The notes under the pieces were generated by a model. It ran no database searches and had not been told where the DNA came from. It was given only the letters and a program-made list of their open reading frames with translations. From IMG/VR virus record IMGVR_UViG_3300030202_002218: a stretch of 64,000 bases of DNA; one strand, 5' to 3'. Position numbers and translations under genes: made by a program. Positions 57,191 through 64,000 of the stretch are shown one piece after another. Numbering within the stretch: position 1 is the stretch's first letter; each line of letters begins with the position of its first letter. Source of the DNA: an uncultured virus (IMG/VR IMGVR_UViG_3300030202_002218) (lineage: Duplodnaviria; Heunggongvirae; Uroviricota; Caudoviricetes).

Positions 57191-57248
57191 GGTGAATCAA
57201 CATGCTTATGTATCGTTCGCGACACGCACTACTCAAGGAGATACGGTT

Positions 57249-57767
57249 ATGCAACAACAAACCCCCCAAAATAAAGATGAATTGAGAGTGTTAGGACTTA
57301 TTTCATTTGTAAGCATACTTGTCGGATGCGCGATTGCTGTTTTCGATGCTGGATTGTGGCTTACATCACCCGATACTTACACGAACGCTATAACATACAC
57401 GATGGGCGCGTTCACATTACAAGGAATGGCTTATTTTATTTACAAGATGTTAGCGCAAGATGGCATGGACCAACGCGCTATTGTTTCAAATATGCAACGC
57501 AACATGACGCGTCAAATGCAAAACCAACAAATGCGATTTGCACAAGCGCAAATGGAAATGGAGATTAAAAAACAAGAAGTTAATTTCGCAAAACAAATGG
57601 AGGCGTTGGAGCAAGACCCCGAAGTTCAACAATATCTTGGTTTGATGGGTATGAATGAAGAAACAGAAGCACCGAAGCACAAAGCAGACACTAAAAAACC
57701 CATGAAATTAGGCAATCAAACCAGCGGCAGAAATCCCGATGGCACTTACAAAAAGAAAGGGAAGTGA
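57249..57767 (+). CDS. Two-TM membrane protein with Q/M-rich coiled-coil tail
   Basis: AGGAG SD, ATG 57249; hydrophobic segments VLGLISFVSILVGCAIAVF and AITYTMGAFTLQGMAYFIY. Confidence 0.75.
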   Translation: MQQQTPQNKDELRVLGLISFVSILVGCAIAVFDAGLWLTSPDTYTNAITYTMGAFTLQGMAYFIYKMLAQDGMDQRAIVSNMQRNMTRQMQNQQMRFAQAQMEMEIKKQEVNFAKQMEALEQDPEVQQYLGLMGMNEETEAPKHKADTKKPMKLGNQTSGRNPDGTYKKKGK

Positions 57768-57772
57768 TTTGA

Positions 57773-58009
57773 ATGGGTTGGTTGTTTAAAACACCAAGCG
57801 ATGATGCAACAGAAGCGACTTTACGCGCGTTGCATACACAAAATACACTCGATACTTATTATGAAAAGGGCAAAGCGTTGATATTTTGTATAATTACAGG
57901 TGTAGTCACCGCGTTGAGTGTGTCTTGGTTTGAACAAGCAAGCGATGTGAGCGTTTGGGAAAGCACAGTTGAGTGGTTTTACGAAAAACTTCGCGGGTGG
58001 GTCAACTAA
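57773..58009 (+). CDS. Small single-pass membrane protein
   Basis: 78 aa; ALIFCIITGVVTALSVSWF. Confidence 0.7.
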   Translation: MGWLFKTPSDDATEATLRALHTQNTLDTYYEKGKALIFCIITGVVTALSVSWFEQASDVSVWESTVEWFYEKLRGWVN

Positions 58010-58731
58010 TGGTTGCAACATTCGCTGGAAGCGCGCTCATGGGAGCAGTAGTTTATGGAAAAGAACTCTATAATTTTCTTAAACCACGCAGAATAGGTGT
58101 TTATGGTCCAACAATGGTGGGTAAAACAACTCTTGACCATTTTATGCGCACTCCGGGCGAGATGGATGATATAGATGAACGCACTATGCACCCGAAACGG
58201 CTTATTGGTGGTGGTTATGTCTTACCAAAAGCGTCGCGTAAGCGTCTTCGTTGGCAAGGAGAGAAAAGAGTAGTTCATTCTGCTGATATTGGCGGTCAAC
58301 AACGGTTTTGGAATCTTTGGATTGATGATATGGTCGATAGACAAGTTGAAATTGTCGTTTTTTTAACCGATACGCGTGTTTTGACAGGTAATGGGGCGCA
58401 AATTATAGACGCGGTGGGTGGATTTGAATACCTCGTTGATTCTTTGATTGAAAAACGGTGGAAATATCGCTCACTAAAAACAAGACTTCGCGGAAAACGC
58501 TATTCCCCTAAACAAATATGGCTCGTTGCTAACAAAGCGGATGAGTGGTGGGACGATAATGCGAATATTTTGTGGCAATCTAATCGTTTGCGAGAACATA
58601 AAGTGTTTGATGCTCACCGCCCAGCCATGCGGAGGCTTCAAAAAGCCGGTATTCCTTGTCGCGTTAGCATGATGGCGACTAAAATAGGCTGGAATGTTGA
58701 AAAAACGATGATAGAAATGTTAACTTGGTGA
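58009..58731 (+). CDS. Arf/Rab-like small GTPase
   Basis: G1 GPTMVGKTT, G2 Thr (ERT), G3 DIGGQ..F..LW, G4 ANKAD, G5-like ATK.G.NV; hydrophobic N-terminal helix; 240 aa. Confidence 0.88.
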   Translation: MVATFAGSALMGAVVYGKELYNFLKPRRIGVYGPTMVGKTTLDHFMRTPGEMDDIDERTMHPKRLIGGGYVLPKASRKRLRWQGEKRVVHSADIGGQQRFWNLWIDDMVDRQVEIVVFLTDTRVLTGNGAQIIDAVGGFEYLVDSLIEKRWKYRSLKTRLRGKRYSPKQIWLVANKADEWWDDNANILWQSNRLREHKVFDAHRPAMRRLQKAGIPCRVSMMATKIGWNVEKTMIEMLTW

Positions 58732-58735
58732 TAAA

Positions 58736-59626
58736 ATGCTTGGAAATAAACCTCAAAACGATTTACTGACGCTTGCCGCACAAACACAGATGAGTCTTGC
58801 TCAAATGCAACAGCAAGCGACCGCTCAAGCCGCTATGACGAACGCAAAATCGCATATTGAAGTGCCTCAAGTCAATTTTTACCCCTCTCGTCATCCAAAT
58901 CCTAAAAAAGCGCGCCGTCAAGACATAAAACAGGCATATAAACTCCTAAAACCGATAAAAAGAAGCATTTTTTCGCCTCGTAGGTGGTGGGGAGGCAAAT
59001 ATCGCTATAATACTAACACAATGCGCTGTGTTGTGGACGGATGTGATGTTGAATACCTATTACGGACCGCTGGAAACATCTATGAGCAGGTTATTGACGA
59101 AGAAACTGGTCAATCTCTATGGGATTTGTATTGGAAAAACCCTGTGACTGGTGAAGTTGAAGCGTTTGTAGCCCGCGAAAATGTCACTTCGGGGCGTAAA
59201 TTGAAGGGGACATATTGCCCCGAACACCTCCATTTATACCATTTATTGACAAAATGGCTTAAAGAAGACGAAAAAGAAGAAGAAGAAACTAATGGAACAC
59301 TCAAAGCAAAACTGAAAAGAGGTGTTTCAACCGTAGTTGTGCCAATAAATAGCATCAAAAAGAAGGATAACACACCACCAATTCTCGCAAAATATGAGCC
59401 ATTTTTTGAAATGTTGAAAAAAGACAACATTCCTGTGACACATTTTGCTAACTCCGCGACAGGAACGAATGATTTGGTTATGGTTGTCTTCGATATGCGT
59501 CAATTTCAAGCGGGTAATAACTCAAGGTTGCTTTTTGACGCTCTTGCTATGCATCAATTACAACAAAACGCGGTGCAATCTCACCCATTGCCTTTACCGA
59601 CACAATCAAATGATGGGAGCATGTGA
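58736..59626 (+). CDS. Hypothetical protein with putative Zn site, GTPase operon
   Basis: GGTGA SD; CVVDGC...YCPEH; Q-rich N-terminus. Confidence 0.7.
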   Translation: MLGNKPQNDLLTLAAQTQMSLAQMQQQATAQAAMTNAKSHIEVPQVNFYPSRHPNPKKARRQDIKQAYKLLKPIKRSIFSPRRWWGGKYRYNTNTMRCVVDGCDVEYLLRTAGNIYEQVIDEETGQSLWDLYWKNPVTGEVEAFVARENVTSGRKLKGTYCPEHLHLYHLLTKWLKEDEKEEEETNGTLKAKLKRGVSTVVVPINSIKKKDNTPPILAKYEPFFEMLKKDNIPVTHFANSATGTNDLVMVVFDMRQFQAGNNSRLLFDALAMHQLQQNAVQSHPLPLPTQSNDGSM

Positions 59627-59635
59627 GGTGGTATT

Positions 59636-60214
59636 ATGGTGTGGCCGTTCAGCAATAACCAACAACAACCTCAACCGGGTGCTATGAACCTCGGATTAGC
59701 CGGTGGACAACAACAAGTTCCTATGCAGGGACAACAGCAACAATGGGGTCAACAACAGTATGGGTTGCAGTATCAAGCACCTCCGACTGAAATGGAGATA
59801 TTATCAGCCATGATAACATCTAACCCTATGATTGATAAGTGGCTTTCCGACAATAACGGAGAGAATATGAATATGCTCGTTTCACTTTTGAGTAGTCTTG
59901 TCGCGGTATCAGTGAATACAATGCTTACAAATACGCGCTTAGTTGAAGATGGAGATGGATACAAATTCGATTTTAGCGGTGTCACAGGTATGCCAACAGT
60001 CGATAGTGTCACAATGTCACAAACCCAAATACTCAACAAAGCATCAAACAATGTGCAACAGAAAACCATGCAGTTTCAACAGATGGTTCAACTTGCAAAT
60101 CAAGGTGTTATGCAAAGTATGTTGAATGACGCGATGGCTGACCCCGGCATGATGCAAAGTGTTGGTGGCGGTCTTGGTTCATTGGTTCGTGGATTAGCAA
60201 CAGGTGGTAGGTAA
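59636..60214 (+). CDS. Q/N/M-rich low-complexity protein, GTPase operon
   Basis: GAGGTG SD; poly-Q stretches; hydrophobic segment MLVSLLSSLVAVSV; C-terminal GGGLGSLVRGL. Confidence 0.7.
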   Translation: MVWPFSNNQQQPQPGAMNLGLAGGQQQVPMQGQQQQWGQQQYGLQYQAPPTEMEILSAMITSNPMIDKWLSDNNGENMNMLVSLLSSLVAVSVNTMLTNTRLVEDGDGYKFDFSGVTGMPTVDSVTMSQTQILNKASNNVQQKTMQFQQMVQLANQGVMQSMLNDAMADPGMMQSVGGGLGSLVRGLATGGR

Positions 60215-60447
60215 TGGACATAACTTCTCTTTACACAGCAGTTAGTGATATGACTAACTTGCGCAAATCAGTAATTGTTGATATGATTATGGTGCAACTT
60301 ATCGCGCTTACGCTTGGTTGTTTCCTCATTTTAGTGTTTTCCGGCCCAAAAATGAGTTCAACTGATTTGAGTTGGATTATTGGTGCGCTTTTCGTCTGTT
60401 TCAGCGCAACAGGTATCGTTTATCGCCGCCTCGGACAACAAGGTTGA
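60214..60447 (+). CDS. Small two-TM membrane protein (holin-like size and topology)
   Basis: 77 aa, two hydrophobic helices and a basic C-terminus YRR. Confidence 0.7.
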   Translation: MDITSLYTAVSDMTNLRKSVIVDMIMVQLIALTLGCFLILVFSGPKMSSTDLSWIIGALFVCFSATGIVYRRLGQQG

Positions 60448-60708
60448 CCATTTATTGATAGGGCATTTGCTGTTCTTGAAAATGGTTTTTGCTTTCAAAA
60501 AACAACCACATAGATTGCAACGGTCGTGGGTTCGTTCGGGACATCTCAAACAAATGTTGTATCTTCGTTCGCGTTCTGCCAAGTCAACTCTTTTGTTAGT
60601 GACAATATCAGCCGCGGCTCGCGTGAGGCTTTTTGCTGTCGATATGGAAATGGGGATACCTGCTACTTTACGCGCTCTCGGCAATCTCTCTCTCATAGAA
60701 ACACTCAT
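60358..60708 (-). CDS. Cys-rich protein (DUF6171-like)
   Basis: RYNICLRC...CNLCGCFL.AKT.....CP..KW motif of a widespread phage family. Confidence 0.7.
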   Translation of the reverse strand: MSVSMRERLPRARKVAGIPISISTAKSLTRAAADIVTNKRVDLAERERRYNICLRCPERTHDRCNLCGCFLKAKTIFKNSKCPINKWSTLLSEAAINDTCCAETDEKRTNNPTQIS

Positions 60709-60733
60709 TTGATACCGCTACTTGGTCTTTGCT

Positions 60734-61402
60734 ATGGCGGAGCGTATAACAAGGGCATCTTGTAATTTCTGCCAAGACCCCGACCGTGACGGTATAGAAG
60801 AAATGTTGAGGGCTGGGTTAATCACCGCTAAAGATTTAGACAAACAAAAAGGATGGCGAGAAGGCACTGCTGACCGTCATTTTAGAAACCACATGGGTGA
60901 ATACCACATGTCTTCAAACAGTGAGTGTAAATTATGCACATCACCAAAGCGCGAAAACTTAGAGTTGGCGTATTTTAACGCGTCAATGACCGTGGCTGAA
61001 ATAGCAGAAGATATGCAGATGCCCGATTCAAGTGTTTATCATCATCTTAAACATCATCTCAAACCTGTTGTTCAAAAAGGTGCGGCTGACCTCATTATAG
61101 TTGAAGCAGGTCAAGAGATGCAAAGCATACGAAACAATTTATCCCGACTCAATGGTGAACTTGGTCATTTTCTTGATGACGCAGACCGCAACGACCCTCA
61201 ATATGTTCGCAACATAGTATCTTTACACAAAGAAGTTCGCGAAACGGTCAAAGACATCATGAGGGTGCAAGAGCGCGCGGCTGGAACTACTAACGAAAAC
61301 ATGACTGCACAGACCATAAACATACTCAAAGTTGAATTAGCGAAGGAGTCACCCGAAGTTTGGGCGCGACTTCGCGGCAAGTTGATTGGTGGTGACGAAT
61401 AA
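60734..61402 (+). CDS. Duplicated CxxC-HTH-HxxxH protein, putative terminase small subunit
   Basis: CNFC...HFRNH and CKLC...HLKHH followed by a coiled coil; at the head of a late gene run. Confidence 0.5.
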   Translation: MAERITRASCNFCQDPDRDGIEEMLRAGLITAKDLDKQKGWREGTADRHFRNHMGEYHMSSNSECKLCTSPKRENLELAYFNASMTVAEIAEDMQMPDSSVYHHLKHHLKPVVQKGAADLIIVEAGQEMQSIRNNLSRLNGELGHFLDDADRNDPQYVRNIVSLHKEVRETVKDIMRVQERAAGTTNENMTAQTINILKVELAKESPEVWARLRGKLIGGDE

Positions 61403-62688
61403 TGGTTGGTGGACCCGAAGGGAGTAGCAAAGGGTTAAGATTCAACCCACGACACAGCGCAGAAGAATTACAAGATGATTCAACGGTTGGTCGCGAAGAT
61501 TCCGAAGAGCGTGCGCGGCATGATGCGAAAAAGCGTGAAACTCAAGATAAGCGCGCCAAACAATTACAAGGTCTTCAACACATGAAAATTAAAGTTCCTC
61601 AAAAGCACGATGAGGATGAAGAAGACAGCGACATGAAGCGACAAGCAGAAGCAGGTCAAATGTCGGGTCAAGTGGGTCAAAACGAAGCCAACGCTGGTGC
61701 TAACCCAAAGGGTGGCGGTGGTGGACTCAATATGTTGCTTTCAACTGCACCGTTCATTGACGATGCATTTGAGATGATTCGTAAAAAGAAAGACGAGCCT
61801 AAATACGATGATGAGAAACCTAAGAAAACTACCACTATTGATACTGCTTTGTCGCGAAGACGCGCTAAAAAGGGTAAGCGGTCAAGAAAACAAGGTAAAA
61901 AAACCACTGAATCAATGAAGGGTAGAAAGGGCAACAAGAAACAATTGAAAGGTGGGAATGTCCGTCAACCATCTATCGCTTCAACAATGAGTGCGGCTCG
62001 CGCTCCTTACACATCATTCGGTTTAATGGGGACACGAAGACCGACACCCACTGGTCCAATTCGATTGAATGTGTCAACAGGCCGTTCACAAGCAAGAGGG
62101 AGTTATGAAAACCCGCGAAAAAGATTGGCACAAGATGTTCGACAAGAACTGCGTCAAGATTCTCCTACTCAAGATATAACACCCCCAATGCCGACCATTA
62201 CAGCACAATCGAGAAAACCACGCGCTGTGCGAGGGTCAAGAGATTCAAGACCACATAGTAAAGCAATGCGTCAACCGCGAACAGCGAAAACACCGGGTGG
62301 TGCAGAAGCCGCTAAAGAAATTGCTCTTGGTGGTAGCGCGTCTGCTATGGCCGCTGGTGGGTTGGGTTCTTCGGACGACGCAATTCTCGCATCCGAAGAG
62401 TTCTTGATTAAGCGCGCACAGCGAGTTAAACTCACTAACCGCATTTCACCACGCGACCGTATTGAATATCGTCAACTCATCGACCAACTCAACCATTTAT
62501 TGCGACGCATGATGCGTAAAGCAGACGCGAGTGGCGATGATGCACCAAGCGGTGCTACACCGAATCAAGGCACGAAGCGTATGACATCCGCACCGACAGG
62601 GCCAACTGAAACCGACCCCGAAGATGACCCTACGATGTGGGGGACTCACCCGTATGATTTGTATGTAAGACGAGGTGGTATGACATGA
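61402..62688 (+). CDS. Basic low-complexity protein, putative head protein
   Basis: 428 aa; GGTGA SD; DAFEMIRK, FLIKRA and MMRKA motifs. Confidence 0.6.
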   Translation: MVGGPEGSSKGLRFNPRHSAEELQDDSTVGREDSEERARHDAKKRETQDKRAKQLQGLQHMKIKVPQKHDEDEEDSDMKRQAEAGQMSGQVGQNEANAGANPKGGGGGLNMLLSTAPFIDDAFEMIRKKKDEPKYDDEKPKKTTTIDTALSRRRAKKGKRSRKQGKKTTESMKGRKGNKKQLKGGNVRQPSIASTMSAARAPYTSFGLMGTRRPTPTGPIRLNVSTGRSQARGSYENPRKRLAQDVRQELRQDSPTQDITPPMPTITAQSRKPRAVRGSRDSRPHSKAMRQPRTAKTPGGAEAAKEIALGGSASAMAAGGLGSSDDAILASEEFLIKRAQRVKLTNRISPRDRIEYRQLIDQLNHLLRRMMRKADASGDDAPSGATPNQGTKRMTSAPTGPTETDPEDDPTMWGTHPYDLYVRRGGMT

Positions 62689-64000
62689 GCGATATTATCC
62701 TCAAGGGTAAGGGCGTGTGGTATCGCGATGGTGAAGGAGTGATGCACCCACAATCTTTCCCTCCAACAGATTCCGACCACGAAAATATATCTCATTTTCA
62801 CATTAACTCTAAGACAGGAAAACCATTCAAAGAATTGGGTGGTAAAGGCTTAGTAGGTAAGTTTCCTATCGAGATTGCCGCTGGTATTTTAGCCCGCGAA
62901 TTGATGTCGCAAGGATACAAAGATGAAACAGGAGCAAGAAGAAAACCAGTGAGTGAGGCTTCAGCGTTGCGTTTAGCAAAAACTGTCTTCAACAATGCAA
63001 CCAAGCGTTTCAATGACATTAAAAGAAAGGCTGGTGATGATTTCAATGTTCTCCCTATGAAGTTTGATGAAAACGGCATATTGAATGACGAATACAAGAA
63101 TAATCATTACGGAGGACATCAACCGCGCCGTGTTCGGACTGCGAAGAGAACAACGCGAACAAAAGATGGAAAAGTCATCAATAATCACCCGCGTAATCAA
63201 CTACACGATGACCTCGGACAACATCTTGAATCCGCGGCTTTGCATATTTTTGATGAGTTGCGACAAGAAGCAGAAAAAATGGGCGTTAGCACAGAACTCG
63301 CGGCACAGCAAAATGTTATCGAGCCACAACAAATAACAGATGGTGTCACTCATCGCTACACTTCAAATGATGCAGACCCCACATCTAAGTCAAACACAAA
63401 ATATCCAAATCACTACAAAGACCTACATGCGCAAACTGCGGCATACGGTGAAATATCACCTATGGATATTGTTTCCGTATTACCAAACGACTTCTTTGTC
63501 CCGTCAACAGGAGGCGGAATGTCAACAAGAATAATGAATCAACTTAGAGATATGGGATACGACCAACCTACGGCTCGTTCGATGGCTCGCGCTCCTGTGA
63601 ATCAATTACTTTACGGCAGTGGTAAAGAAGGTCGAGAAAGTGGACTCAACAAGGTAGTTCGCAACATGCGCGCTAAATTACAAGTCGATTCAAATAATGA
63701 TATTCATGCCATGTTCAAGAATCACCGCGACCATATTGCACCAAAAATAAGGGGTGGCGATAACGGGAGGAATAACAAAGCAGTTGAGATATTGGCTTTG
63801 TTGAAATTAGCAGAACAGATGGGAGTTGACCCCGCTCAATACTCGATGTATCAACAAGCACCTCAATCCGTAATGGGGGGTTGGCGTGATGTTGCTACGG
63901 CAGAAGGTGGTAAGCAAATAGATATGGAGGCTCTTGGGAGTGTCAATGAAGGACACAGCATGAGAGGTAAATTTGCGGGTGATATGGACCACATTTTTAG
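62685..64000 (+). CDS. Large hypothetical protein, 3'-truncated by the window
   Basis: GAGGTG SD, ATG 62685 (MSDIILKGKGVWY); the frame appears open to the window end. Confidence 0.7.
   Translation, partial: MSDIILKGKGVWYRDGEGVMHPQSFPPTDSDHENISHFHINSKTGKPFKELGGKGLVGKFPIEIAAGILARELMSQGYKDETGARRKPVSEASALRLAKTVFNNATKRFNDIKRKAGDDFNVLPMKFDENGILNDEYKNNHYGGHQPRRVRTAKRTTRTKDGKVINNHPRNQLHDDLGQHLESAALHIFDELRQEAEKMGVSTELAAQQNVIEPQQITDGVTHRYTSNDADPTSKSNTKYPNHYKDLHAQTAAYGEISPMDIVSVLPNDFFVPSTGGGMSTRIMNQLRDMGYDQPTARSMARAPVNQLLYGSGKEGRESGLNKVVRNMRAKLQVDSNNDIHAMFKNHRDHIAPKIRGGDNGRNNKAVEILALLKLAEQMGVDPAQYSMYQQAPQSVMGGWRDVATAEGGKQIDMEALGSVNEGHSMRGKFAGDMDHIF

Noticed and set aside
59480..59500. VVFDM in gene 58736-59626 as another FDM tag
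   Set aside because: It lies in a hydrophobic strand-like context rather than an acidic linker, so it was not counted.

Overview
This window is part of a large tailed dsDNA virus of archaea. It most resembles the 'magroviruses' of Marine Group II Euryarchaeota (Poseidoniales); this is inferred from gene content, not from a database search. There are three blocks. (i) + strand, 1-13146: the end of the virion module, with a 5'-truncated large tail/baseplate-type protein, a hub-like protein, a repeat-containing tail fibre and putative head-packaged cargo proteins. (ii) - strand, 13103-49554: a group II chaperonin, a nearly complete archaeal-type replisome and about 35 small, translationally coupled early genes. 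The replisome comprises a DEDD exonuclease, MCM-like helicase, ERCC4 nuclease, PriS-PriL primase, Cas4-like nuclease, PolB, PCNA-like clamp, RecA/Sak4-like ATPase, RPA-like protein, RFC and a degenerate ligase. The early region includes two SF2 helicases, two DenV-like paralogs, an ART-like protein, DUF932 and DUF2958. (iii) + strand, 50016-64000: a protein of about 2370 aa, a membrane-protein operon built around an Arf/Rab-like small GTPase, a putative terminase small subunit and further putative head proteins. The most notable observations are the small-GTPase membrane operon, a short motif (hydrophobic-x-F-[DNS]-M) repeated about 12 times in six unrelated proteins, an A-W-x-L-L-K-type putative packaging/cleavage signal, a duplicated structured 3' RNA element, repeated palindromic DNA elements around the early/late divergence point, and a ligase lacking its catalytic lysine. 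I recognised no tRNA, rRNA or CRISPR array. All family assignments are by eye from motifs.
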